64,000 bases of DNA from Balanoglossus misakiensis. Its lineage: Eukaryota; Animalia; Hemichordata. Both the position numbers and the translations under genes were made by a program. The notes under the pieces are model-generated. The model saw only the letters and a list, made by a program, of their open reading frames with translations. It was not told the origin of the DNA and did not search any database. The stretch covers positions 2,921,154 through 2,985,153 of the forward strand of contig CM082598.2 in the NCBI GenBank assembly GCA_040954595.2, written 5' to 3'. This document shows positions 1 through 14,368 of this stretch, in pieces (the stretch's first letter is position 1; each line of letters begins with the position of its first letter).

Positions 1-59
1 ATACACATCTCTTTCCCTCCCCTTACCCACAAAAGGCAATTGGGAAAAGCATGATGTCA

Positions 60-3000
60 TCGAAAAATAACAATTTTCCCTGACTTTTTAATTTCAAAAT
101 TTGGCCATTTTTCACAAAATCATGGGTTAAAGCCCATGACATGGAAATATGGCCCATGAATCATCAAAAATCACAAATTTCTTCGACTTTTTAATTTTCA
201 AAATTTGGCCATTTTTCACAAAAATCATGGGTTATAGCCCATGAAATTCATCAAAAAATCACAATTTTCCGACTTTTTTAATTTTCAAAATTTGGCCATT
301 TTTCACAAAATCATGGGTTATAGCCCATGAATTCATCAAAAATCACAATTTTCCGACTTTTTTAATTTTCAAAATTTGGCCATTTTTCACAAAAATCATG
401 GGTTATAGCCCATGAATATTCATCAAAAAATCACAATTTTCCGACTTTTTTAATTTTCAAAATTTGGCCATTTTCACAAAAATCATGGGTTATAGCCATG
501 ATTTTCATCAAAAAATCACAAATTTTCGACTTTTTTAATTTTCAAAATTTGGCCATTTTTCACAAAAATCATGGGTTAAGCCCATGATTTTCATCAAAAA
601 ATCACAATTTCCGACTTTTTTAATTTTCAAATTTGGCCATTTTTCACAAAAATCATGGTTATAGCCCATGATTTTTCATCAAAAAATCACAATTTTCCGA
701 CTTTTTTAATTTTCAAATTTGGCCATTTTTCACAAAAATCATGGTTACAGCCCATGATTTTCATCAAAAATCACAATTTTCCGACTTTTTTAATTTTCAA
801 AATTTGGCCATTTTTCACAAAAATCATGGGTTATAGCCCATGATATTCATCAAAAAATCACAATTTTCCGACTTTTTTAATTTTCAAAATTTGGCCATTT
901 TTCACAAAAATCATGGGTTACAGCCCATGATTTTCATCAAAAAATCACAATTTTCCGACTTTTTAATTTTCAAAATTTGGCCATTTTTCACAAAAATCAT
1001 GGGTTACAGCCATGATTTTCATCAAAAAATCACAATTTTCCGACTTTTTAATTTTCAAAATTTGGCCATTTTTCACAAAAATCATGGGTTATAGCCATGA
1101 TTTCATCAAAAAATCACAATTTCCGACTTTTTTAATTTTCAAAATTTGCCATTTTTCACAAAAATCATGGGTTAAAGCCCATGATTTCATCAAAAAATCA
1201 CAATTTTCCGACTTTTTAATTTTCAAAATTTGGCCATTTTTCACAAAAATCATGGGTTATAGCCCATGATTTTCATCAAAAAATCACAATTTTCCGACTT
1301 TTTTAATTTCAAAATTTGGCCATTTTTCACAAAAATCATGGGTTATAGCCCATGAATATCATCAAAAATCACAATTTTCCGACTTTTTAATTTCAAAATT
1401 TGGCCATTTTTCACAAAAATCATGGGTTAAAGCCATGATTTTCATCAAAAATCACAATTTTCCGACTTTTTTAATTTTCAAAATTTGGCCATTTTTCACA
1501 AAAATCATGGGTTATAGCCCATGATTTTCATCGAAAAATCACAATTTTCCGACTTTTTTAATTTTCAAAATTTGGCCATTTTTCACAAAAATCATGGGTT
1601 ATAGCCCATGAAAATCATCAAAAAATCACAATTTTCCGACTTTTTTAATTTTCAAAATTTGGCCATTTTTCACAAAAATCATGGTTATAGCCCATGAAAT
1701 CATCAAAAAATCACAATTTTCCGACTTTTTTAATTTTCAAAATTTGGCCATTTTTCACAAAAATCATGGGTTATAGCCCATGATTTTCATCAAAAAATCA
1801 CAATTTTCCGACTTTTTAATTTCAAAATTTGGCCATTTTTCACAAAAATCATGGGTTATAGCCCATGATTTTCATCAAAAAATCACAATTTTCCGACTTT
1901 TTTAATTTTCAAAATTTGGCCATTTTTCACAAAAATCATGGGTTATAGCCCATGATTTTCATCGAAAAATCACAATTTTCCGACTTTTTTAATTTTCAAA
2001 ATTTGGCCATTTTTCACAAAATCATGGGTTATAGCCCATGATTTTCATCGAAAAATCACAATTTTCCGACTTTTTTAATTTTCAAAATTTGGCCATTTTT
2101 CACAAAATCATGGGTTATAGCCCATGATTTTCATCGAAAAATCACAATTTTCCGACTTTTTTAATTTTCAAAATTTGGCCATTTTTCACAAAAATCATGG
2201 GTTATAGCCCATGATTTTCATCGAAAAATCACAATTTTCGACTTTTTTAATTTTCAAAATTTGGCCATTTTTCACAAAAATCATGGGTTATAGCCCATGA
2301 TTTTCATCGAAAAATCACAATTTTCCGACTTTTTTAATTTTCAAAATTTGGCCATTTTTCACAAAAATCATGGGTTATAGCCCATGATTTTCATCGAAAA
2401 ATCACAATTTTCCGACTTTTTTAATTTTCAAAATTTGGCCATTTTTCACAAAAATCATGGGTTATAGCCCATGATTTTCATCGAAAAATCACAATTTTCC
2501 GACTTTTTTAATTTTCAAAATTTGGCCATTTTTCACAAAAATCATGGGTTATAGCCCATGATTTTCATCGAAAAATCACAATTTTCCGACTTTTTTAATT
2601 TTCAAAATTTGGCCATTTTTCACAAAAATCATGGGTTATAGCCCATGATTTTCATCGAAAAATCACAATTTTCCTACTTTTTTAATTTTCAAAATTTGGC
2701 CATTTTCACAAAAATCATGGGTTATAGCCCATGATTTTCATCGAAAAATCACAATTTTCCGACTTTTTTAATTTCAAAATTTGGCCATTTTTCCACAAAA
2801 ATCATGGTTATAGCCCATGATTTTCATCGAAAAATCACAATTTTCCGACTTTTTTAATTTTCAAAATTTGGCCATTTTTCACAAAAATCATGGTTATAGC
2901 CCATGATTTTCATCGAAAAATCACAATTTTCCGACTTTTTAATTTTCAAAAATTTGGCCATTTTTCACAAAAATCATGGGTTATAGCCCATGATTTTCAT

Positions 3001-4537
3001 CGAAAAATCACAATTTTCCGACTTTTTTAATTTTCAAAATTTGGCCATTTTTCACAAAAATCATGGGTTATAGCCCATGATTTTCATCGAAAAATCACAA
3101 TTTTCCGACTTTTTTAATTTTCAAAATTTGGCCATTTTTCACAAAAATCATGGGTTATAGCCCATGATTTTCATCGAAAAATCACAATTTTCCGACTTTT
3201 TTAATTTTCAAAATTTGGCCATTTTTCACAAAAATCATGGGTTATAGCCCATGATTTTCATCGAAAAATCACAATTTTCCGACTTTTTTAATTTTCAAAA
3301 TTTGGCCATTTTTCACAAAAATCATGGGTTATAGCCCATGATTTTCATCGAAAAATCACAATTTCCGACTTTTTTAATTTTCAAATTTGGCCATTTTCAC
3401 AAAAATCATGGGTTATAGCCCATGATTTTCATCGAAAAATCACAATTTTCCGACTTTTTTAATTTTCAAAATTTGGCCATTTTTCACAAAAATCATGGGT
3501 TATAGCCCATGATTTTCATCGAAAAATCACAATTTTCCGACTTTTTTAATTTTCAAAATTTGGCCATTTTTCACAAAAATCATGGGTTATAGCCCATGAT
3601 TTTCATCGAAAAATCACAATTTTCCGACTTTTTTAATTTTCAAAATTTGGCCATTTTTCACAAAAATCATGGGTTATAGCCCATGATTTTCATCGAAAAA
3701 TCACAATTTTCCGACTTTTTAATTTTCAAAATTTGGCCATTTTTCACAAAAATCATGGGTTATAGCCCATGATTTTCATCGAAAAATCACAATTTTCCGA
3801 CTTTTTAATTTTCAAAATTTGGCCATTTTTCACAAAAAATCATGGGTTATAGCCCATGATTTTCATCGAAAAATCACAATTTTCCGACTTTTTTAATTTT
3901 CAAAATTTGGCCATTTTTCACAAAAATCATGGGTTATAGCCCATGATTTTCATCGAAAAATCACAATTTTCCGACTTTTTTAATTTTCAAAATTTGGCCA
4001 TTTTTCACAAAAATCATGGGTTATAGCCCATGATTTTCATCGAAAAATCACAATTTTCCGACTTTTTTAATTTTCAAAATTTGGCCATTTTTCACAAAAA
4101 TCATGGGTTATAGCCCATGATTTTCATCGAAAAATCACAATTTTCCGACTTTTTTAATTTTCAAAATTTGGCCATTTTTCACAAAAATCATGGGTTATAG
4201 CCCATGATTTTCATCGAAAAATCACAATTTTCCCGACTTTTTTAATTTTCAAAATTTGGCCATTTTTCACAAAAATCATGGGTTATAGCCCATGATTTTC
4301 ATCGAAAAATCACAATTTTCCGACTTTTTTAATTTTCAAAATTTGGCCATTTTTCACAAAAATCATGGGTTATAGCCCATGATTTTCATCGAAAAATCAC
4401 AATTTTCCGACTTTTTTAATTTTCAAAATTTGGCCATTTTTCACATCGAAAAATCACAATTTTCCGACTTTTTTAATTTTCAAAATTTGGCCATTTTTCA
4501 CAAAATCATGGGTTATAGCCCATGATTTTCATCGAAA
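60..4537 (+). repeat. 87-bp tandem satellite, forward block (~51 units)
   Basis: Unit GATTTTCATCGAAAAATCACAATTTTCCGACTTTTTTAATTTTCAAAATTTGGCCATTTTTCACAAAAATCATGGGTTATAGCCCAT recurs every 87 bp (e.g. 3511, 3598). The first ~1.9 kb has many 1-bp homopolymer indels. Confidence 0.97.
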
Positions 4538-7500
4538 TGGCCAAATTTGAAAATTAAAAAAGTCGGAAAATTGTGATTTTTTGATGAAAATCATGGGCTA
4601 TAACCCATGATTTTTGTGAAAAATGGCCAAATTTTGAAAATTAAAAAAGTCGGAAAATTGTGATTTTTTGATGAAAATCATGGGCTATAACCCATGATTT
4701 TTGTGAAAAATGGCCAAATTTTGAAAATTAAAAAAGTCGGAAAATTGTGATTTTTTGATGAAAATCATGGGCTATAACCCATGATTTTTGTGAAAAATGG
4801 CCAAATTTTGAAAATTAAAAAGTCGGAAAATTGTGATTTTTTGATGAAAATCATGGGCTATAACCCATGATTTTTGTGAAAAATGGCCAAATTTTGAAAA
4901 TTAAAAAAGTCGGAAAATTGTGATTTTTTGATGAAAATCATGGGCTATAACCCATGATTTTTGTGAAAAATGGCCAAATTTTGAAAATTAAAAAAGTCGG
5001 AAAATTGTGATTTTTTGATGAAAATCATGGGCTATAACCCATGATTTTTGTGAAAAATGGCCAAATTTTGAAAATTAAAAAAGTCGGAAAATTGTGATTT
5101 TTTGATGAAAATCATGGGCTATAACCCATGATTTTTGTGAAAAATGGCCAAATTTTGAAAATTAAAAAAGTCGGAAAATTGTGATTTTTTGATGAAAATC
5201 ATGGGCTATAACCCATGATTTTTGTGAAAATTGGCCAAATTTTGAAAATTAAAAAAGTCGGAAAATTGTGATTTTTGATGAAAATCATGGGCTATAACCC
5301 ATGATTTTTGTGAAAATTGGCCAAATTTTGAAAATTAAAAAAGTCGGAAAATTGTGATTTTTTGATGAAAATCATGGGCTATAACCCATGATTTTTGTGA
5401 AAAATGGCCAAATTTTGAAAATTAAAAAAGTCGGAAAATTGTGATTCTTTTGATGAAAATCATGGGCTATAACCCATGATTTTTGTGAAAAATGGCCAAA
5501 TTTTGAAAATTAAAAAAGTCGGAAAATTGTGATTTTTCGATGAAAATCATGGGCTATAACCCATGATTTTTGTGAAAAATGGCCAAATTTTGAAAATTAA
5601 AAAAGTCGGAAAATTGTGATTTTTCGATGAAAATCATGGGCTATAACCCATGATTTTTGTGAAAAATGGCCAAATTTTGAAAATTAAAAAAGTCGGAAAA
5701 TTGTGATTTTTCGATGAAAATCATGGGCTATAACCCATGATTTTTGTGAAAAATGGCCAAATTTTGAAAATTAAAAAAGTCGGAAAATTGTGATTTTTTG
5801 ATGAAAATCATGGGCTATAACCCATGATTTTTGTGAAAAATGGCCAAATTTTGAAAATTAAAAAAGTCGGAAAATTGTGATTTTTTGATGAAAATCATGG
5901 CTATAACCCATGATTTTTGTGAAAAATGGCCAAATTTTGAAAATTAAAAAAGTCGGAAAATTGTGATTTTTTGATGAAAATCATGGGCTATAACCCATGA
6001 TTTTTGTGAAAATTGGCCAAATTTTGAAAATTAAAAAAGTCGGAAAATTGTGATTTTTTGATGAAAATCATGGGCTATAACCCATGATTTTTGTGAAAAA
6101 TGGCCAAATTTTGAAAATTAAAAAAGTCGGAAAATTGTGATTTTTTGATGAAAATCATGGGCTATAACCCATGATTTTTGTGAAAAATGGCCAAATTTTG
6201 AAAATTAAAAAAGTCGGAAAATTGTGATTTTTTGATGATTTTCATGGGCTATAACCCATGATTTTTGTGAAAAATGGCCAAATTTTGAAAATTAAAAAAG
6301 TCGGAAAATTGTGATTTTTTGATGAAAATCATGGGCTATAACCCATGATTTTTGTGAAAATTGGCCAAATTTTGAAAATTAAAAAAGTCGGAAATTGTGA
6401 TTTTTTCGATGAAAATCATGGGCTATAACCCATGATTTTGTGAAAAAATGGCCAAATTTTGAAAATTAAAAAAGTCGGAAAATTGTGATTTTTCGATGAA
6501 AATCATGGGCTATAACCCATGATTTTTGTGAAAAATGGCCAAATTTTGAAAATTAAAAAAGTCGGAAAATTGTGATTTTTCGATGAAAATCATGGGCTAT
6601 AACCCATGATTTTTGTGAAAAATGGCCAAATTTTGAAAATTAAAAAAGTCGGAAAATTGTGATTCTTTGATGATTTTCATGGGCTATAACCCATGATTTT
6701 TGTGAAAAATGGCCAAATTTTGAAAATTAAAAAAAGTCGGAAAATTGTGATTTTTCGATGAAAATCATGGGCTATAACCCATGATTTTTGTGAAAAATGG
6801 CCAAATTTTGAAAATTAAAAAAGTCGGAAAATTGTGATTTTTCGATGAAAATCATGGGCTATAACCCATGATTTTTGTGAAAAATGGCCAAATTTTGAAA
6901 ATTAAAAAAGTCGGAAAATTGTGATTTTTCGATGAAAATCATGGGCTATAACCCATGATTTTTGTGAAAAATGGCCAAATTTTGAAAATTAAAAAAGTCG
7001 GAAAATTGTGATTTTTCGATGAAAATCATGGGCTATAACCCATGATTTTTGTGAAAAATGGCCAAATTTTGAAAATTAAAAAAGTCGGAAAATTGTGATT
7101 TTTTGATGAAAATCATGGGCTATAACCCATGATTTTTGTGAAAAATGGCCAAATTTTGAAATTAAAAAAGTCGGAAAATTGTGATTTTTTGATGAAAATC
7201 ATGGGCTATAACCCATCATTTTTGTGAAAAATGGCCAAATTTTGAAAATTAAAAAAGTCGGAAAATTGTGATTTTTTGATGAAAATCATGGGCTATAACC
7301 CATGATTTTTGTGAAAAATGGCCAAATTTTGAAAATTAAAAAAGTCGGAAAATTGTGATTCTTTGATGATTTTCATGGGCTATAACCCATGATTTTTGTG
7401 AAAAATGGCCAAATTTTGAAAATTAAAAAAGTCGGAAAATTGTGATTTTTCGATGAAAATCATGGGCTATAACCCATGATTTTTGTGAAAAATGGCCAAA

Positions 7501-10500
7501 TTTTGAAAATTAAAAAAGTCGGAAAATTGTGATTTTTTGATGAAAATCATGGGCTATAACCCATGATTTTTGTGAAAAATGGCCAAATTTTGAAAATTAA
7601 AAAAGTCGGAAAATTGTGATTTTTTGATGAAAATCATGGGCTATAACCCATGATTTTTGTGAAAAATGGCCAAATTTTGAAAATTAAAAAAGTCGGAAAA
7701 TTGTGATTTTTTGATGAAAATCATGGGCTATAACCCATGATTTTTGTGAAAAATGGCCAAATTTTGAAAATTAAAAAAGTCGGAAAATTGTGATTTTTTG
7801 ATGAAAATCATGGGCTATAACCCATCATTTTTGTGAAAAATGGCCAAATTTTGAAAATTAAAAAAGTCGGAAAATTGTGATTTTTTGATGAAAATCATGG
7901 GCTATAACCCATGATTTTTGTGAAAAATGGCCAAATTTTGAAAATTAAAAAAGTTGGAAAATTGTGATTTTTTGATGAAAATCATGGGCTATAACCCATG
8001 ATTTTTGTGAAAAATGGCCAAATTTTGAAAATTAAAAAAGTCGGAAAATTGTGATTTTTCGATGAAAATCATGGGCTATAACCCATGATTTTTGTGAAAA
8101 TTGGCCAAATTTTGAAAATTAAAAAAGTCGGAAAATTGTGATTTTTCGATGAAAATCATGGGCTATAACCCATGATTTTTGTGAAAAATGGCCAAATTTT
8201 GAAAATTAAAAAAGTCGGAAAATTGTGATTTTTCGATGAAAATCATGGGCTATAACCCATGATTTTTGTGAAAAATGGCCAAATTTTGAAAATTAAAAAC
8301 GTCGGAAAATTGTGATTCTTTGATGATTTTCATGGGCTATAACCCATGATTTTTGTGAAAAATGGCCAAATTTTGAAAATTAAAAAAGTCGGAAAATTGT
8401 GATTTTTCGATGAAAATCATGGGCTATAACCCATGATTTTTGTGAAAAATGGCCAAATTTTGAAAATTAAAAAAGTCGGAAAATTGTGATTTTTCGATGA
8501 AAATCATGGGCTATAACCCATGATTTTTGTGAAAAATGGCCAAATTTTGAAAATTAAAAAAGTCGGAAAATTGTGATTTTTCGATGAAAATCATGGGCTA
8601 TAACCCATGATTTTTGTGAAAAATGGCCAAATTTTGAAAATTAAAAAAGTCGGAAAATTGTGATTTTTTGATGAAAATCATGGGCTATAACCCATGATTT
8701 TTGTGAAAAATGGCCAAATTTTGAAAATTAAAAAAGTCGGAAAATTGTGATTTTTTGATGAAAATCATGGGCTATAACCCATGATTTTTGTGAAAAATGG
8801 CCAAATTTTGAAAATTAAAAAAGTCGGAAAATTGTGATTTTTTGATGAAAATCATGGGCTATAACCCATGATTTTTGTGAAAAATGGCCAAATTTTGAAA
8901 ATTAAAAAAGTCGGAAAATTGTGATTTTTTGATGATTTTCATGGGCTATAACCCATGATTTTTGTGAAAAATGGCCAAATTTTGAAAATTAAAAAAGTCG
9001 GAAAATTGTGATTTTTTGATGATTTTCATGGGCTATAACCCATGATTTTTGTGAAAAATGGCCAAATTTTGAAAATTAAAAAAGTCGGAAAATTGTGATT
9101 TTTCGATGAAAATCATGGGCTATAACCCATGATTTTTGTGAAAATTGGCCAAATTTTGAAAATTAAAAAAGTCGGAAAATTGTGATTTTTCGATGAAAAT
9201 CATGGGCTATAACCCATGATTTTTGTGAAAAATGGCCAAATTTTGAAAATTAAAAAAGTCGGAAAATTGTGATTTTTCGATGAAAATCATGGGCTAAAAC
9301 CCATGATTTTTGTGAAAAATGGCCAAATTTTGAAAATTAAAAACGTCGGAAAATTGTGATTTTTCGATGAAAATCATGGGCTATAACCCATGATTTTTGT
9401 GAAAAATGGCCAAATTTTGAAAATTAAAAAAGTCGGAAAATTGTGATTCTTTGATGATTTTCATGGGCTATAACCCATGATTTTTGTGAAAAATGGCCAA
9501 ATTTTGAAAATTAAAAAAGTCGGAAAATTGTGATTTTTCGATGAAAATCATGGGCTATAACCCATGATTTTTGTGAAAAATGGCCAAATTTTGAAAATTA
9601 AAAAAGTCGGAAAATTGTGATTTTTCGATGAAAATCATGGGCTATAACCCATGATTTTTGTGAAAAATGGCCAAATTTTGAAAATTAAAAAAGTCGGAAA
9701 ATTGTGATTTTTCGATGAAAATCATGGGCTATAACCCATGATTTTTGTGAAAAATGGCCAAATTTTGAAAATTAAAAAAGTCGGAAAATTGTGATTTTTT
9801 GATGAAAATCATGGGCTATAACCCATGATTTTTGTGAAAAATGGCCAAATTTTGAAAATTAAAAAAGTCGGAAAATTGTGATTTTTTGATGAAAATCATG
9901 GGCTATAACCCATGATTTTTGTGAAAAATGGCCAAATTTTGAAAATTAAAAAAGTCGGAAAATTGTGATTTTTTGATGAAAATCATGGGCTATAACCCAT
10001 GATTTTTGTGAAAAATGGCCAAATTTTGAAAATTAAAAAAGTCGGAAAATTGTGATTTTTTGATGAAAATCATGGGCTATAACCCATGATTTTTGTGAAA
10101 ATTGGCCAAATTTTGAAAATTAAAAAAGTCGGAAAATTGTGATTTTTTGATGAAAATCATGGGCTATAACCCATGATTTTTGTGAAAAATGGCCAAATTT
10201 TGAAAATTAAAAAAGTCGGAAAATTGTGATTTTTTGATGAAAATCATGGGCTATAACCCATGATTTTTGTGAAAAATGGCCAAATTTTGAAAATTAAAAA
10301 AGTCGGAAAATTGTGATTTTTTGATGAAAATCATGGGCTTTAACCCATGATTTTTGTGAAAAATGGCCAAATTTTGAAAATTAAAAAAGTCGGAAAATTG
10401 TGATTTTTTGATGAAAATCATGGGCTATAACCCATGATTTTTGTGAAAAATGGCCAAATTTTGAAAATTAAAAAAGTCGGAAAATTGTGATTTTTTGATG

Positions 10501-13476
10501 AAAATCATGGGCTATAACCCATGATTTTTGTGAAAAATGGCCAAATTTTGAAAATTAAAAAAGTCGGAAAATTGTGATTTTTTGATGAAAATCATGGGCT
10601 ATAACCCATGATTTTTGTGAAAAATGGCCAAATTTTGAAAATTAAAAAAGTCGGAAAATTGTGATTTTTTGATGAAAATCATGGGCTTTAACCCATGATT
10701 TTTGTGAAAAATGGCCAAATTTTGAAAATTAAAAAAGTCGGAAAATTGTGATTTTTTGATGAAAATCATGGGCTATAACCCATGATTTTTGTGAAAAATG
10801 GCCAAATTTTGAAAATTAAAAAAGTCGGAAAATTGTGATTTTTTGATGAAAATCATGGGCTATAACCCATGATTTTTGTGAAAAATGGCCAAATTTTGAA
10901 AATTAAAAAAGTCGGAAAATTGTGATTTTTTGATGAAAATCATGGGCTATAACCCATGATTTTTGTGAAAAATGGCCAAATTTTGAAAATTAAAAAAGTC
11001 GGAAAATTGTGATTTTTTGATGAAAATCATGGGCTTTAACCCATGATTTTTGTGAAAAATGGCCAAATTTTGAAAATTAAAAAAGTCGGAAAATTGTGAT
11101 TTTTTGATGAAAATCATGGGCTATAACCCATGATTTTTGTGAAAAATGGCCAAATTTTGAAAATTAAAAAAGTCGGAAAATTGTGATTTTTTGATGAAAA
11201 TCATGGGCTATAACCCATGATTTTTGTGAAAAATGGCCAAATTTTGAAAATTAAAAAAGTCGGAAAATTGTGATTTTTTGATGAAAATCATGGGCTATAA
11301 CCCATGATTTTTGTGAAAAATGGCCAAATTTTGAAAATTAAAAAAGTCGGAAAATTGTGATTTTTCGATGAAAATCATGGGCTATAACCCATGATTTTTG
11401 TGAAAAATGGCCAAATTTTGAAAATTAAAAAAGTCGGAAAATTGTGATTTTTCGATGAAAATCATGGGCTATAACCCATGATTTTTGTGAAAAATGGCCA
11501 AATTTTGAAAATTAAAAAAGTCGGAAAATTGTGATTTTTTGATGAAAATCATGGGCTATAACCCATGATTTTTGTGAAAAATGGCCAAATTTTGAAAATT
11601 AAAAAAGTCGGAAAATTGTGATTTTTTGATGAAAATCATGGGCTATAACCCATGATTTTTGTGAAAAATGGCCAAATTTTGAAAATTAAAAAAGTCGGAA
11701 AATTGTGATTTTTTGATGAAAATCATGGGCTATAACCCATGATTTTTGTGAAAAATGGCCAAATTTTGAAAATTAAAAAAGTCGGAAAATTGTGATTTTT
11801 TGATGAAAATCATGGGCTATAACCCATGATTTTTGTGAAAATTGGCCAAATTTTGAAAATTAAAAAAGTCGGAAAATTGTGATTTTTTGATGAAAATCAT
11901 GGGCTATAACCCATCATTTTTGTGAAAAATGGCCAAATTTTGAAAATTAAAAAAGTCGGAAAATTGTGATTTTTTGATGAAAATCATGGGCTATAACCCA
12001 TGATTTTTGTGAAAAATGGCCAAATTTTGAAAATTAAAAAAGTCGGAAAATTGTGATTTTTTGATGAAAATCATGGGCTATAACCCATGATTTTTGTGAA
12101 AAATGGCCAAATTTTGAAAATTAAAAAAGTCGGAAAATTGTGATTTTTTGATGAAAATCATGGGCTTTAACCCATGATTTTTGTGAAAAATGGCCAAATT
12201 TTGAAAATTAAAAAAGTCGGAAAATTGTGATTTTTTGATGAAAATCATGGGCTATAACCCATGATTTTTGTGAAAAATGGCCAAATTTTGAAAATTAAAA
12301 AAGTCGGAAAATTGTGATTTTTTGATGAAAATCATGGGCTATAACCCATGATTTTTGTGAAAAATGGCCAAATTTTGAAAATTAAAAAAGTCGGAAAATT
12401 GTGATTTTTTGATGAAAATCATGGGCTATAACCCATGATTTTTGTGAAAAATGGCCAAATTTTGAAAATTAAAAAAGTCGGAAAATTGTGATTTTTTGAT
12501 GAAAATCATGGGCTTTAACCCATGATTTTTGTGAAAAATGGCCAAATTTTGAAAATTAAAAAAGTCGGAAAATTGTGATTTTTTGATGAAAATCATGGGC
12601 TATAACCCATGATTTTTGTGAAAAATGGCCAAATTTTGAAAATTAAAAAAGTCGGAAAATTGTGATTTTTTGATGAAAATCATGGGCTATAACCCATGAT
12701 TTTTGTGAAAAATGGCCAAATTTTGACAATTAAAAAAGTCGGAAAATTGTGATTTTTTGATGAAAATCATGGGCTATAACCCATGATTTTTGTGAAAAAT
12801 GGCCAAATTTTGAAAATTAAAAAAGTCGGAAAATTGTGATTTTTTGATGATTTTCATGGGCTATAACCCATGATTTTTGTGAAAAATGGCCAAATTTTAA
12901 AAATTAAAAAAGTCGGAAAATTGTGATTTTTTGATGATTTTCATGGGCTATAACCCATGATTTTTGTGAAAAATGGCCAAATTTTGACAATTAAAAAAGT
13001 CGGAAAATTGTGATTTTTTGATGAAAATCATGGGCTATAACCCATGATTTTTGTGAAAAATGGCCAAATTTTGAAAATTAAAAAAGTCGGAAAATTGTGA
13101 TTTTTTGATGAAAATCATGGGCTATAACCCATGATTTTTGTGAAAAATGGCCAAATTTTGAAAATTAAAAAAGTCGGAAAATTGTGATTCTTTGATGATT
13201 TTCATGGGCTATAACCCATGATTTTTGTGAAAAATGGCCAAATTTTGAAAATTAAAAAAGTCGGAAAATTGTGATTTTTTGATGAAAATCATGGGCTATA
13301 ACCCATGATTTTTGTGAAAAATGGCCAAATTTTGAAAATTAAAAAAGTCGGAAAATTGTGATTTTTTGATGAAAATCATGGGCTATAACCCATGATTTTT
13401 GTGAAAAATGGCCAAATTTTGAAAATTAAAAAAGTCGGAAAATTGTGATTTCTTGATGAAAATCATGGGCTATAAC
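4538..13476 (-). repeat. Same 87-bp satellite, inverted block (~103 units)
   Basis: Reverse complement of the unit (AAATGGCCAAATTTTGAAAATTAAAAAAGTCGGAAAATTGTG...) repeats with very few variants. It ends at ...CATGGGCTATAAC, 13476. Confidence 0.97.
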
Positions 13477-14368
13477 TTTCCGAAATTTCAAAATTTCTTC
13501 ATTTTTTGAAAAAATCATGGGTTATAGCTCAGGAAAATCGTCAAAAATCGAAGATTTTTCGACTTTGCGAATTTTGAAAATTCGGTCATTTTTTGAAAAA
13601 ATCATGGGTTATAGCTCAGGAAAATCGTCAAAAATCGAAGATTTTTCGACTTTGCGAATTTTGAAAATTCGGTCATTTTTTGAAAAAATCATGGGTTATA
13701 GCTCAGGAAAATCGTCAAAAATCGAAGATTTTTCGACTTTACGAATTTTGAAAATTTGGTCATTTTTTGAAAAAAATCATGGGTTATAGCTCAGGAAAAT
13801 CGTCAAAAATCGAGGATTTTTCGACTTTGCGAATTTTGAAAATTTGGTCATTTTTTGGAAAAATCATGGGTTATAGCTCAGGAAAATCGTCAAAAATCGA
13901 GGATTTTTCGACTTTGCGAATTTTGAAAATTTGGTCATTTTTTGAAAAATCATGGGTTATAGCTCAGGAAAATCGTCAAAAATCGAGGATTTTTCGACTT
14001 TGCGAATTTTGAAAATTTTGTCATTTTTTGAAAAAATCATGGGTTATAGCTCAGGAAAATCGTCAAAAATCGAGGATTTTTCGACTTTGCGAATTTTGAA
14101 AATTTGGTCATTTTTTGAAAAAATCATGGGTTATAGCTCAGGAAAATCGTCAAAAATCGAGGATTTTTCGACTTTGCGAATTTTGAAAATTTGGTCATTT
14201 TTTGAAAAAATCATGGGTTATAGCTCAGGAAAATCGTCAAAAATCGAGGATTTTTCGACTTTGCGAATTTTGAAAATTTGGTCATTTTTTGAAAAAATCA
14301 TGGGTGATAGCTCAGGAAAATCGTCAAAAATCGAAGATTTTTCGACTTTGCGAATTTTGAAAATTTGG
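13477..14368 (+). repeat. Diverged 87-bp satellite variant, forward (~10 units)
   Basis: Unit AAAATCATGGGTTATAGCTCAGGAAAATCGTCAAAAATCGAGGATTTTTCGACTTTGCGAATTTTGAAAATTTGGTCATTTTTTGA, colinear with the main satellite. The 29-aa periodicity in the ORF track matches an 87-bp unit. Confidence 0.95.

Noticed and set aside
655-1269. ORFs in the satellite (also 13517-14407)
   Set aside because: They arise from an 87-bp (29-codon) unit plus indels. No splice or domain support.
4500-4600. Simple fold-back read artefact at the inversion
   Set aside because: Diagnostic variants differ on the two sides and do not mirror. A mis-join of two arrays is still possible.
60-14368. CRISPR array suggested by regularly spaced palindromes
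   Set aside because: The sequence between palindromes is repeated too, so there are no unique spacers. No cas genes, and the context is eukaryotic.
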